DNA of 64,000 nt from Chthonomonadales bacterium. GTDB taxonomy: Bacteria > Armatimonadota > Chthonomonadetes > Chthonomonadales > CAJBBX01. The notes under the pieces are model-generated. The model saw nothing but the letters and a program-made list of their open reading frames with translations. It was not told where the DNA came from and did not search any database. Every line of letters begins with the position of its first letter. The stretch's first letter is position 1. The translations under genes were made by a program, and so were the position numbers. The stretch spans positions 1 to 64,000 of the forward strand of contig JBBIPC010000007.1 in assembly GCA_037443035.1 (NCBI GenBank). Direction: 5' to 3'. Positions 1-9,542 of this stretch are shown piece by piece.

Positions 1-15
1 GTGGTCCATATGCGG

Positions 16-172
16 CCCCTCACCCTAGCCCTCTCCCCGCAAGCGGGGCGAGGGGGGGTCGAGCGTCGGTCGCTCCCATGGCTTATCTCCCCGCAAGCGG
101 GGCGAGGGCGCTATGGGCAGGCGACATCTGCTGCATCACCCTCCCCGCTTGCGGGGAGGGTCGGGGAGGGGG
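16..172. repeat. Cluster of three REP-like palindromic repeats (core CTCCCCGC-AA-GCGGGG)
   Basis: Copies at 16-58 (CCCCTCACCCTAGCCCTCTCCCCGCAAGCGGGGCGAGGGG), 86-108 (TCTCCCCGCAAGCGGGGCGAGGG) and an inverted copy at 139-172. Each forms a GC hairpin. Intergenic, downstream of the CDS ending at 226. Confidence 0.8.
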
Positions 173-225
173 CGATCCGCGAAGGACCGCCCCTCGCACC
201 AATGGGACGCGGCTCTACTACCGCG

Positions 226-2898
226 TCAGTAGATAGTCAGCGTACCTTCGCCGTAGCCGGCTTCGACCCAGGGATCGCCAGCGAACTCGCAGCGGATCGT
301 ATGCGTGCCGACGCCCAGGCCCGCGGTGCTGAATAGATGGCGAGCAACGCCAGGATCCACGGCACCGCTGCCCGTATAGACGTCCGCCACCCATGTCCCA
401 TCTACCAGGAACGTGACAGGCTTGTTTTCCTGCTTCTGGTAGTCGTACAAACGGCGGAAGTAGGCGTACAACTTGATCACACCCCCACCTCCGGCCGGAG
501 CGGATTTAGGAGCCACCCAAATGTATGGAAGGGCCTTCAGAACGGTCAGCGTGGCCGTCTTGCTGATGGCTGCGTACCCGCCGTTTCCGGGCCATTCGGA
601 AAGGATGGTCCGAGTACCCGCTCCCGCACCGTCGGGCACGTCGTAGTACGGGTATTTCGCGTACCCCTGAACGTCCGTAGGTCTGGTGATGATGTACGTC
701 CCGTCAATATAGAAGTTGATGGTCTTGTTATACAGCGGGACGTTGTCGCTCCTTAGCAGGCGGCACTTGAGCTCGGTCCGAAGCGTGATCCGCTGGGTCC
801 GGTCGAAGGTGGCCATCCTAGTTGTCCAGGACAGCGCGGTGAGCGTGGCCGTCCCTGACGACGCCGTATGCCCGGCGTCACCCAAGAAATCAGCCTGAAT
901 GGGCCTGGATGGCGGACCGTCAATAATGATCCAATTCAGGTCGGCACGCCCCGAAGCGTTCGTCATGCCCGTCCCGACGTACGTGCCCTCTACAGCGAAG
1001 TCCACGTTTCGCCCAGGCAGCCACGTTCCGTCGGTAAGACGTCGCAGATATGCCCGCAGCGTGATCGGCTCGGTGATGGTTCCCGTTCGGTCAATGGTGC
1101 TTAGGCCAGTCGGAGCCTGCTCAACGTACAGCTCACCCCATGACTCGTCTGGACCGAAACGCGGCATGACGCCGAAGAAGAACGCACGCCACCAGCGCAG
1201 CCCAGCACCGTAACCCTCGGGAATGGGCACTTCGAGCCTCGCCACGCCGTCGGGATCTGTGAATGCCATGCCAGCGTACTGCCCGTCCACTACGAAATAC
1301 ATCGGTTGGCCGGGAATGACCGAGCCATCGCCGAAGCTCCTCAGAGTGGCCTGTAGCAGAGCCGTGCCGCCAATGGGTCCGCTAGTTGACACAGGCTCGA
1401 TCTGAACATCCACGAACACGTCGAAAAAGCTCTCCACGAAGTAGGGAGGATCAGAGGCCGTCATGAGCGGACGTATCGGGCTCGGAGGAAGACCTGCCCA
1501 GAACCACGCCTCCGCTCTCGTCTCGCCTTCGGGTATCCAGACCGCGCCTGGGGGCGAAACGATGGGGTCGGAGCATTCGACGGTAATGTCTCGTCCACCA
1601 GGAGGTGCCGGTAAGGCGGTTGTGATGATGACTCTTCCCCAGCTTCCGCCTCGCAGGGGATCTGGCAGGATTCGCATGGCATCGCCAAACGGCGTGTAGC
1701 CTGCTGCAAGACCGACAGTGAGCCGAGCGGGCGTCGTGCCACCGCTCAGGTCGAGGGAGAGGATCTCGACGGGTACGATGATCGTCGCCGTGTTTGTCCC
1801 GGCATCCACACCGAATCCCCCACCTACCAGAGACAGGTCCACGTCGAGCCAGCGGCCGATGCGTGCGTCGTAGAGAACGGGGTGCAACCCATACTCCTCC
1901 ACCGGCCCGTAATCAGGATCGCCGCCCTCCATGAGATGGTCGTATCCGGGAAGTCCGTCCTCATAGGGAATGGTCAGGATGCACTGGGTGCCGGCATTCA
2001 TCTGCGGCGCCATCGGTGTCAAGGGCTCCAACCAAATATCCGCGCCTTTGATGAGGCGCCCGGGAAGCCCCGACTCTGTGAGAAACGGGTCTGGCAGGGA
2101 GTTGAAGTTGCGCCGCTGCAGTCCTACGAGCACAGGGGACAGAAACGCTCCATTCGGGGCCCATAGAATGATTTCTGGCACCGTCGGATAGGCTGGCATC
2201 TCCCCAGCCAGCGACGGCACCCGTAGATCCATATCGTGGCCCGTAGGTTGTTGCTCCTCGGCCTTGCTGATGGCCAGGGTCGAGGTCTTCTTCGCCTCGG
2301 TCTTGTCGTCGGCCGAGACCGTCGTGACATCGTCGTCTTTCGTATCGGCTCCTTGGGGATCCTTGAGCTTCTTGCTGATGCTTCTCGTGCCGCCTTGGTG
2401 GTCCAACCGCAGCAGGTGCGAGAGTTCGTGCTTGGCACAGCTCACGGGGTTCTTCGTGTCGTCCTTATTCTTGCCAGCCTTGTCCCAGTCGTACTTGGGA
2501 GGACTGGGGTCGAATCGGATCTTGGCAGAACCCGGTACTACTCTTCCGTCCTTGTCGGTACGGAAGCTCGTTGCTGCTCCACCGTCGCGGTTGAGCCCAT
2601 CGTCTGTCTGGATGGTCACATCGGCCTCCTCCGAGGCGCCGACAACCTTGAAGGACCAGCCCGTGTCATCCTTGACACTGTTCCAGTTGGCTACGGCTTC
2701 GTCCATGACGTCTTTCAAGGGTTTGTCGCCGAGCTTGGCGTCTGCGGGGAAGTCGTACTTGATGCGGATCTCCCGCCGTGGTTTGCCTGTGGCGGGATCG
2801 TCAGGCCAGTCCCAGGAGTCGTCCAGTCCTGCGTAGACAGGAAAGGCGACGAACAGCATCACCAGCACTGCGATGCTGGATCGAACGGCGGTTCTCAT
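226..2898 (-). CDS. Secreted modular protein: N-terminal matrixin/metzincin-like Zn-peptidase domain plus C-terminal Ig-like repeats
   Basis: Signal peptide MRTAVRSSIAVLVMLFVAFPVYA (start moved to ATG 2898). EAVANWN helix and HELSHLLRLDH zinc motif. Four repeated beta-sandwich units with F-x-V/I-D/E-G-x-Y/W-V/I motifs at the C-terminus. Confidence 0.7.
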   Translation of the reverse strand: MRTAVRSSIAVLVMLFVAFPVYAGLDDSWDWPDDPATGKPRREIRIKYDFPADAKLGDKPLKDVMDEAVANWNSVKDDTGWSFKVVGASEEADVTIQTDDGLNRDGGAATSFRTDKDGRVVPGSAKIRFDPSPPKYDWDKAGKNKDDTKNPVSCAKHELSHLLRLDHQGGTRSISKKLKDPQGADTKDDDVTTVSADDKTEAKKTSTLAISKAEEQQPTGHDMDLRVPSLAGEMPAYPTVPEIILWAPNGAFLSPVLVGLQRRNFNSLPDPFLTESGLPGRLIKGADIWLEPLTPMAPQMNAGTQCILTIPYEDGLPGYDHLMEGGDPDYGPVEEYGLHPVLYDARIGRWLDVDLSLVGGGFGVDAGTNTATIIVPVEILSLDLSGGTTPARLTVGLAAGYTPFGDAMRILPDPLRGGSWGRVIITTALPAPPGGRDITVECSDPIVSPPGAVWIPEGETRAEAWFWAGLPPSPIRPLMTASDPPYFVESFFDVFVDVQIEPVSTSGPIGGTALLQATLRSFGDGSVIPGQPMYFVVDGQYAGMAFTDPDGVARLEVPIPEGYGAGLRWWRAFFFGVMPRFGPDESWGELYVEQAPTGLSTIDRTGTITEPITLRAYLRRLTDGTWLPGRNVDFAVEGTYVGTGMTNASGRADLNWIIIDGPPSRPIQADFLGDAGHTASSGTATLTALSWTTRMATFDRTQRITLRTELKCRLLRSDNVPLYNKTINFYIDGTYIITRPTDVQGYAKYPYYDVPDGAGAGTRTILSEWPGNGGYAAISKTATLTVLKALPYIWVAPKSAPAGGGGVIKLYAYFRRLYDYQKQENKPVTFLVDGTWVADVYTGSGAVDPGVARHLFSTAGLGVGTHTIRCEFAGDPWVEAGYGEGTLTIY

Positions 2899-3020
2899 AG
2901 GGAACCTCCTAGAAGGAAGGGATACTTGCACCCGCTCGACTGGGAGCCGGTAGCTTCTTGCGGAGGGTATACTCCCTCCTGCCCTGAGAACTAGCCGTCC
3001 ACTGCCACTAGATATGCTTC

Positions 3021-3049
3021 ATAGTACGGCACGGAATCCCCAATGTCAA
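3021..3049 (-). promoter_or_regulatory. sigma70-type promoter for the 226-2898 gene
   Basis: Minus strand TTGACA (3049-3044), 17 nt, TACTAT (3026-3021). Confidence 0.65.
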
Positions 3050-3111
3050 GGTGTAGCCGGCAAATAGTGTGAATCCTTTTCTCTGCCCGAGCGCTCGCTT
3101 TTCGAACTGCC

Positions 3112-4224
3112 ATGCCATTCGTTCCTGATCTGTCATCTGCTCGTCGCATTCTCATCGTGAAGCTTAGCGCCCTGGGCGATATCGTCCATGCCCTGCCCGT
3201 GGCGGCGGCGCTTCGTGAGCGGTACCCCCACCTCGAGATAGACTGGGTGGCAGAGCCCATGGCTGCTCCGCTCCTGGAGGGTAGTCCCGTCCTATCGCAG
3301 GTTCACGTTGCCCCGAAGCAGCACCGCGCGGGTCGGCTCTGGGGCGAGCCATTACGGCAGTTCCTGGCCTTACGGAGGTGCCTGCGCGAACGACAATACG
3401 ATCTAGCCATTGACCTTCAGGGGCTTACCAAGAGCGCCATTGTGGCACTGGTCTCGGGTGCCAAGATGCGCATCGGCTACAACTGGCTCCGCGAACTGGC
3501 ACCCTTTCTCGAACGCCGCATCCCCCGGCGGCCGGAGAGTCTGCACATTGTGGATCAGCTTCTCGATGTCGCTCGCTATCTCGGCGCGGAGCCCTCCAAA
3601 GTTCGGTTCCCCCTTGGTATCCGCCTCCAGGACCAGGAGGCCGCCATGATCAAACTGCGCGCCCTCGGGTTGAACCCTTCGACCGAGTTTCTCGTGATGA
3701 ACCCAACTGCCGGCGGTGGAGGCGGACACAAGGGGATGACACCGGAGACGATGGCAGGGATCATCACGGCTGTCACACGAGCCACCAGCCTTCCATGGGT
3801 GCTCGTGGGTGCCCCTGGCGATCGGGAACGGTCCGAAGCCGTCGCAGCTCAGACATCAGGCAGCGTCTACAATGCCGTAGGCCAGACGAGCGTCCGAGAG
3901 CTCGCGGCGATCATCCGTGTGGCTCGGGTGCACGTAAGCGGCGACAGCGGTTCCGCCCATATCGCGGCTGCCGTTGCAACCCCGCCAGTGACGGTCTACG
4001 GACGCAGCAATCCTGCTCGCGTCGGCCCCTATGGCTACGCCAGGTACGTGGTGGACGCCCGCAGGTATTGCACGGAGCGCTGCCGACGTTACCACGCGAG
4101 AGCGGAGATCAACAAGCCTGCCGTATGCCAGAGCGGTGGAGCCGTCTGCATGTCCCGCGTTACGGCGGAGGACGTCGTGCCTATCGTGCTCCGTGCGCTA
4201 GAGGAGGGTAAGGAGCTGCGTTGA
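3112..4224 (+). CDS. Glycosyltransferase family 9 (LPS heptosyltransferase WaaC/WaaF-like)
   Basis: RILIVKLSALGDIVHALP N-terminus, DLAIDLQGLTKS, VSGDSGSAHIAAAV motif. Confidence 0.9.
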   Translation: MPFVPDLSSARRILIVKLSALGDIVHALPVAAALRERYPHLEIDWVAEPMAAPLLEGSPVLSQVHVAPKQHRAGRLWGEPLRQFLALRRCLRERQYDLAIDLQGLTKSAIVALVSGAKMRIGYNWLRELAPFLERRIPRRPESLHIVDQLLDVARYLGAEPSKVRFPLGIRLQDQEAAMIKLRALGLNPSTEFLVMNPTAGGGGGHKGMTPETMAGIITAVTRATSLPWVLVGAPGDRERSEAVAAQTSGSVYNAVGQTSVRELAAIIRVARVHVSGDSGSAHIAAAVATPPVTVYGRSNPARVGPYGYARYVVDARRYCTERCRRYHARAEINKPAVCQSGGAVCMSRVTAEDVVPIVLRALEEGKELR

Positions 4225-4249
4225 TCCGGTGGACGCTCCATCCGTGCCG

Positions 4250-7246
4250 CTAGGGCGCCGTTGTCTCGAAGGTATACGAACCTCCTCCGACTTCGTAAAC
4301 CGCGCAGCCCTGGGCCATGCCTAGGAGTCGGATGCCGCCAATACCCTTTACAGGCTTGCCACTTTCTCGTACGTTCTCAGCCGATCTCGTAGGGATGAAA
4401 ACACGGGCGATGCAGTTGGAAGGTATGGTCACACTGAGGGTCAAACGTTGGCCAGAACGCCGCCATTCCGAGACGACCGGACCCCTTACGGAATCGTACC
4501 GCGCCTTCAGCCACGATAACTTGTCGCCAGGTACCGGATGCACGACAATTCGTTTCCAACCTGGCTCCTCGGTAGAGATCCCAGCAGCCCTGGAGAACAT
4601 CCACTTGCCGCATGCGCCGAAAGCATAGTGATTGAACGAGTTCATTCCAGGATCTTGGAAACCCCTGTCGTGGCGCCAGCCGTCCCATCGCTCCCATATG
4701 GTCGTGGCCCCCTGCGTGACCGAGTAGAGCCACGATGGGTACGTCTTGTTCGTCAGTAACCGCCATGCTAGATCGTCCCGGCCATACCGGGAGAGAACCG
4801 GCAGGAGATGATCCACGCCGACGAACCCCACCGTCAGATGAAAGTCATGCGCCTGCAGATTCTCGACTAGCCGCTCGAACGCAACTTTTCTCAAGTGCCC
4901 AGGAAGCAGGTCGAACTCCAACGCGAGAAGATAACCCGTCTGGGAGTTTCCACGTATAGTGCCGATCTTCTCGCCATCCGAGCCGTCAGAAACGAACGCC
5001 CGCGTGAATGCTGAGCAGATGTTTCGGTACAGAGTACGATACCGTGTCTGATCCTCGGTTTTCCCGAGAACCGCCGCCATTCGGCTGAGCAGGTCTGCTG
5101 CATGAGCGAAGAAAGCCGTCGAAATGACCTCTTTCGGCGTAGGATCAGCGACGTTCAACCAATCCCCGTAACCTTCAGCAGGCCGGAGATAGTCCTTGCT
5201 CCGCTCGCGGAGATACTCCACCCATTTCCGCATGCCGGCATAGTGGTCGCTCAGAATCCGACGGTCGCCGTACATGGTGTAGACGGTCCAAGGGCAGATG
5301 AGGCCGGCATCGCCCCAGGCTGGCGATACTCCCCAGAAGCGAGGCGCAACGTTGGGATAGGCACCTTCGGGACTCTGCGAGTCGTTGAACGTTCGCATCC
5401 ACGCTGCGAAGAAGGGTGCAACATGCATGCAGTAGGCACCTGTACCCACAAACACTTGGGCATCCCCGCTCCAGCCCATGCGCTCATCCCGTTGAGGACA
5501 GTCGGTGGGTACTTCCAGATAGTTGGACCTCTGCCCCCAGACGATATTCTGATAGAGCCGGTTCAAGAGCGGATCCGAGCATCGCCATTCGCCTGTGATT
5601 CCGCAATCGGAGTGGACGACGACACCCGTCACGGCGTCGGCTCGAGGGCGACCCGGGTACCCGGTTACCTCCACGTATCGGAAACCGTGGAATGTGAAAC
5701 GCGGCTCCCAGCTCTCCGTGCTCTGCCCAGACAGAATGTAACGATCCGTGCATTTCGCGTTCCGCAGATTCGCCGTATAGATCGTTCCATCCGGGTTGAG
5801 CATCTCGGCAAAGCGCAGTGTCACCGCGGTTCCACGCGGTCCATGTACCTTCAGGCGTACCCATCCCGAGAAGTTCTGCCCCATATCGAAGACGAACGTG
5901 CCGGCGCGTGGCTCGGTAACCCGCACGGGTCGCAGAACACCTGTCTTGCGCACCGGTGACCCCGGATGCGCCTGCAGAACAGCGCCGCCCACGTCGGCCT
6001 CCGAGGTATCGGCCCCGTATTCGGCCTTCAGAATCGCGAGGGGTGCGTTCCCACCACCCAATGTCAGCGTCGCCCCCTCCGATACACGCCTCTCCTGGAC
6101 CCGCAAGCCCGTGCGGAATCGAACGTGGAGCGTCTTCACGACACCGTAGATTGGGTCACCGAAGATCTCGTTACTGGCTGTGATCGTCAGACGATTGTCC
6201 TTGACCGCTGCGCGAACAATCTCGGTCACGTCCTTCCATACCGTGCCCGTCTGGCCGGCGAAGTGCACCACCACCGGTCTCCAAGAGGCGTCATGAAAAC
6301 CGGCATTGCTCCAACCAGCCATCGCAAGGCGTGCATCATAGGTCTCACCGTTGTAGATGTCCGACATTCGTATCGGACTACGATCGGTTGTCTTCCAGCG
6401 GCGGTCAGTGACGACGGTGTCCGTCCGGCCAGAGGCGTACTCGATATGGAGCTGTGCCTTCAGCGCGAGCCTGCCGCGACCATGGTGATGAAGGCCGTAC
6501 CAGCCGTCGCCAAGCACAGCCCCAAGTGCATTGGTGCTGCGTGGCCGCAACATGCTGGTTACGTCGTACGCCTGGTAGTAGAGCCGCCTATGGTATTCGG
6601 TCCAACCGGGAGTGAAGTAGTCCCGGCCCACTCTGCGCCCGTTCAGCCATAGCTCGTACAGCCCTGCTGCACTGGCATAGATCACGGCGCGGCGGACCGG
6701 CTCCCGCACGACAAACTCTCTGCGAAACAGCGGTGCAGGAAGGTAGGTGAGATCGTCTGCACTCTGGCGGTCCACGGCACAGCCAATCCACTGCGCCCGC
6801 CAGTCGGACGGCTTCATCAGGCCCATGGCCCACCGCGCAGGCTCACTCCACGCGGATGGTTTGCCGTTGCGATCCCAGACTCGAACTTTCCACCAGCATT
6901 CCATGCGCGACCGCAGTGGTCGGCCGTTGTACTCGATGTGGAGCGTTTCGTCCGAGGCGACCTTGCCCGTATCCCATAAGTCCCCACGGTTGCCATTCAA
7001 CAAGCCCTTTCGCGACGCTACGAGAACGCGGTACGCCGTCTGCCTGTCCCCTCGAACGGCAGAGGTCACAACCCACGAGAGGCGTGGCCGCGGTGTGTCA
7101 ATCGATTCCGGATTGGCGCGTAGCTCGCACTGAAGACGGGATGGTTGCAGAGTGGCGGCATTGCTGGCGCCAGCAAGAGTCGCGGAGAACGTCCAGATAA
7201 TCACGGCCGCGCAGGCGCACAGATGGCGGCGGGCGAGCATGAACAT
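4250..7246 (-). CDS. Secreted alpha-L-rhamnosidase, GH78
   Basis: PRLSW N-domain, FDMGQNFSGW, PRFTFHGFRYVE, PTDCPQRDERMGWSGD, GATTIWERWD, MNSFNHYAFG. GGAGG RBS before ATG 7246 and a signal peptide. Confidence 0.92.
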   Translation of the reverse strand: MFMLARRHLCACAAVIIWTFSATLAGASNAATLQPSRLQCELRANPESIDTPRPRLSWVVTSAVRGDRQTAYRVLVASRKGLLNGNRGDLWDTGKVASDETLHIEYNGRPLRSRMECWWKVRVWDRNGKPSAWSEPARWAMGLMKPSDWRAQWIGCAVDRQSADDLTYLPAPLFRREFVVREPVRRAVIYASAAGLYELWLNGRRVGRDYFTPGWTEYHRRLYYQAYDVTSMLRPRSTNALGAVLGDGWYGLHHHGRGRLALKAQLHIEYASGRTDTVVTDRRWKTTDRSPIRMSDIYNGETYDARLAMAGWSNAGFHDASWRPVVVHFAGQTGTVWKDVTEIVRAAVKDNRLTITASNEIFGDPIYGVVKTLHVRFRTGLRVQERRVSEGATLTLGGGNAPLAILKAEYGADTSEADVGGAVLQAHPGSPVRKTGVLRPVRVTEPRAGTFVFDMGQNFSGWVRLKVHGPRGTAVTLRFAEMLNPDGTIYTANLRNAKCTDRYILSGQSTESWEPRFTFHGFRYVEVTGYPGRPRADAVTGVVVHSDCGITGEWRCSDPLLNRLYQNIVWGQRSNYLEVPTDCPQRDERMGWSGDAQVFVGTGAYCMHVAPFFAAWMRTFNDSQSPEGAYPNVAPRFWGVSPAWGDAGLICPWTVYTMYGDRRILSDHYAGMRKWVEYLRERSKDYLRPAEGYGDWLNVADPTPKEVISTAFFAHAADLLSRMAAVLGKTEDQTRYRTLYRNICSAFTRAFVSDGSDGEKIGTIRGNSQTGYLLALEFDLLPGHLRKVAFERLVENLQAHDFHLTVGFVGVDHLLPVLSRYGRDDLAWRLLTNKTYPSWLYSVTQGATTIWERWDGWRHDRGFQDPGMNSFNHYAFGACGKWMFSRAAGISTEEPGWKRIVVHPVPGDKLSWLKARYDSVRGPVVSEWRRSGQRLTLSVTIPSNCIARVFIPTRSAENVRESGKPVKGIGGIRLLGMAQGCAVYEVGGGSYTFETTAP

Positions 7247-7297
7247 GGCCAGCACCTCCCTCCGGGTCACCGGACTAAGTCCAGCGTGCACTCCTTC

Positions 7298-8848
7298 TTA
7301 GCGGGCCATGAGGCTTCTGAAGAACGGATCGAATACCTGGACCTTTGCGCGTTTCTGGAAGGCTGCATACTCGCTTGCCACACGCCGGCCGTTTCTCGGT
7401 ATCCCTTTTTCCATACGTGCCCAAAGGCGGGCTCGAACCTTTACTAACTCGAACGGCAACGTTTTCTCAGGCGCCTTCTCGCGGCATTGGATGATCCACC
7501 AGCCGTCGCCGTATTTCACAGGTCCGATCCGTTGCCCGGGCTCCATGGCGAAAATAGCAGCTTCCATACCCGGGATCATAGCTGCCATCGTCCGTCCTCG
7601 AGCAAAAGGCGGCAATAACCCGCCAGAAAACGCGCTGACATCCAGGCTGTGCGTGCGGGCGACCTCTTCCCACGGCACCCCGTCCTTCAGATCGCCCAGG
7701 GCGGCTTCGGCCGCTTCGCGAGATCGCGTCCCAATGACAGCTACCTGAATTGTCTCCGGCATGAAGAATCGTGCTTGGGGATTCTTCCTGTCAATATTGC
7801 GTTCGTAGTACTTTCGGACTTCCTCTTCGGTGACCGTAACGCCTTCGGACATGAGCTTCGCCTGGGCCAGCTCATCCCTAATGGCTTCCCGATACTTCTG
7901 CAGCGTCATGCCTGCAGCAGCGATGGATTTCATGAACGCCGGGTCCTTCCGGTCTTCAGCCAACCGCTCCTCGACTTCCTTATCCGTCGGGTACGCCTTC
8001 TTGGCCATGGCGAACTGACGCCGCAGGTTCCGCTCCACTATCTCCTGCAGGACCGTCCGCGCCGCTACTTCCTCGAGACGCGCCTGAAACTCATCGCGCC
8101 GAATGCTTGCCTGATTGACGGCCACGACTACGGCGCGTTGGAATACCAAGCGTCTCCAACGGAGGAACAGCATGCCAAGAAAAGCACCGACAAGAAGACA
8201 CAACACACCGAAGATCAGGACGAAGCGACCGGTATGACGGCTAACGATGACGCGCAGGCGTCGCTTGGTCCGGCGCAATCGTCCGCGCCAGCCCTTGTCC
8301 TTCTGCTCCTCCGCTTCTCTCCGCTTGCGCTGGATGAAGAGCGTCCATCGCTCCGCGAGCGGGGGCCTTTTCTTCCCCCTCTCGGCTTTCAGTGCCGCCG
8401 CTTCACTTGCGGCAATATGCCGTTTCAGCTCCCGCTCGCGAGCCCACCGCCGCAGCACGCTCTCCTTGCGGCGCACGGATCTACCCCTGCTTTTCCCAAA
8501 GAAACGCCCAAGGAGCGCCTTGAGCCCTCTTGGTTCCTCTTCGTCACGGTTGTAGAATTCCTTCGCCCGATGCCATCGCTCACTCAGATCGCGAGCCCTA
8601 GCAGCTGCCGCTTCAGCGGTCTGGCGCCACTGGTTGGCGCGGAACTCCCAAGCCCAGTCCTCCGCCCACTGCTCCCATTGTGCCAGAGCTTCGGCGGAGA
8701 AGCGCTCGCCCAGTGCCTTCCTGCACGCCTGCTCGACGCTTCCCGGGGGATCCAAGTCGCGGTAGACGACGAACGCTCGGTAGACCTCGGTCTCCTCGTC
8801 TACCTGCCGTTCCCAGATATTCTCGAGACTCAGGTCAATCTTCGGCAT
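7298..8848 (-). CDS. Membrane-anchored PrsA/SurA-like parvulin peptidyl-prolyl isomerase with a long cytoplasmic N-terminal extension
   Basis: TM helix FVLIFGVLCLLVGAFLGMLFL; VAVNQASIRRDEF SurA-N; TEEEVRKYYERN; WEEVARTHSLD..GGLLPPF..EAAIFAM..IGPVKYGDGWWII rotamase. Start placed at MPKID (8848), downstream of the epsI stop. Confidence 0.8.
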   Translation of the reverse strand: MPKIDLSLENIWERQVDEETEVYRAFVVYRDLDPPGSVEQACRKALGERFSAEALAQWEQWAEDWAWEFRANQWRQTAEAAAARARDLSERWHRAKEFYNRDEEEPRGLKALLGRFFGKSRGRSVRRKESVLRRWARERELKRHIAASEAAALKAERGKKRPPLAERWTLFIQRKRREAEEQKDKGWRGRLRRTKRRLRVIVSRHTGRFVLIFGVLCLLVGAFLGMLFLRWRRLVFQRAVVVAVNQASIRRDEFQARLEEVAARTVLQEIVERNLRRQFAMAKKAYPTDKEVEERLAEDRKDPAFMKSIAAAGMTLQKYREAIRDELAQAKLMSEGVTVTEEEVRKYYERNIDRKNPQARFFMPETIQVAVIGTRSREAAEAALGDLKDGVPWEEVARTHSLDVSAFSGGLLPPFARGRTMAAMIPGMEAAIFAMEPGQRIGPVKYGDGWWIIQCREKAPEKTLPFELVKVRARLWARMEKGIPRNGRRVASEYAAFQKRAKVQVFDPFFRSLMAR

Positions 8849-8894
8849 CGGGTTCTTCCTCGTTTTCTCGGTAGCATCCGTGTTGGGGTTGGCA

Positions 8895-9542
8895 CTAGTT
8901 CCTCCGCGTTCCTGCTGCCACAAGCTCTCGGAGCGGCTGCTGTATGGCAGCCACGAAAGCCGCGACATCCTCCCGCGCGCCGGGAGAGTCGGGCGCAACC
9001 ACGCGTACAAGCAGCGAGCTGGACAGGTCAGCCATTGCGTCAGGACGGTAGGTTCCCGGAGCCGTCAGGCGCCAGCGGAAGAGGCGTCGGACAAAGGAGT
9101 TTCGCGGCTCAGGATATGGGACTGGCGGGTACCAGAACCACACGTGATAGGTCCGGCCCTTTGTAGTCATGAGCCGCGCAGTGACCTTCTGACCGTGGAG
9201 CGCGAGAAGTTCATCGGATTTCGTCTCCCACCCAGATCCTGGCAGACAGACGGCAGGACTGTGGATATCCTTCATATCGCGAGCTGTCAGCAATAGCAGG
9301 CTCACTACACGGCGGCTTTCGCTGCGGTAATCCCGGTCCAGAATGATCGCCGTCGGCAGAGCATTCTGCACATCGTCCGATGGTCGCCGCTCCGCCACGA
9401 CTCTCCAGGAACCCACCTGGCGCGGAAACTCCTCTATCGGTAGCACGCGTGGCCTGGGCAGATCCAACCGGGGCCCTCCGTAGGTAAAGAGCGCACCCAC
9501 AAGCAGTACAACAAGGATCAGAGCCGTTCGGGTAGGCGACAT
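8895..9542 (-). CDS. epsI: Exosortase-associated EpsI-family protein
   Basis: N-terminal TM, FPRQVGSW, DRDY, IHSPAVCLPGSGWE motif; directly downstream of and overlapping the exosortase. Confidence 0.8.
   Translation of the reverse strand: MSPTRTALILVVLLVGALFTYGGPRLDLPRPRVLPIEEFPRQVGSWRVVAERRPSDDVQNALPTAIILDRDYRSESRRVVSLLLLTARDMKDIHSPAVCLPGSGWETKSDELLALHGQKVTARLMTTKGRTYHVWFWYPPVPYPEPRNSFVRRLFRWRLTAPGTYRPDAMADLSSSLLVRVVAPDSPGAREDVAAFVAAIQQPLRELVAAGTRRN

Noticed and set aside
1..336. 111-aa plus-strand ORF
   Set aside because: It is a translation of the palindromic repeats (SPQAGRG twice) and overlaps the real minus-strand gene.
7649..9166. 505-aa plus-strand ORF, and similar long ORFs at 32977-34332, 33143-34267, 40927-42279, 48299-49609 and 49900-50985
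   Set aside because: Antisense or off-frame shadows of well-supported genes in GC-rich DNA; no recognisable motifs.
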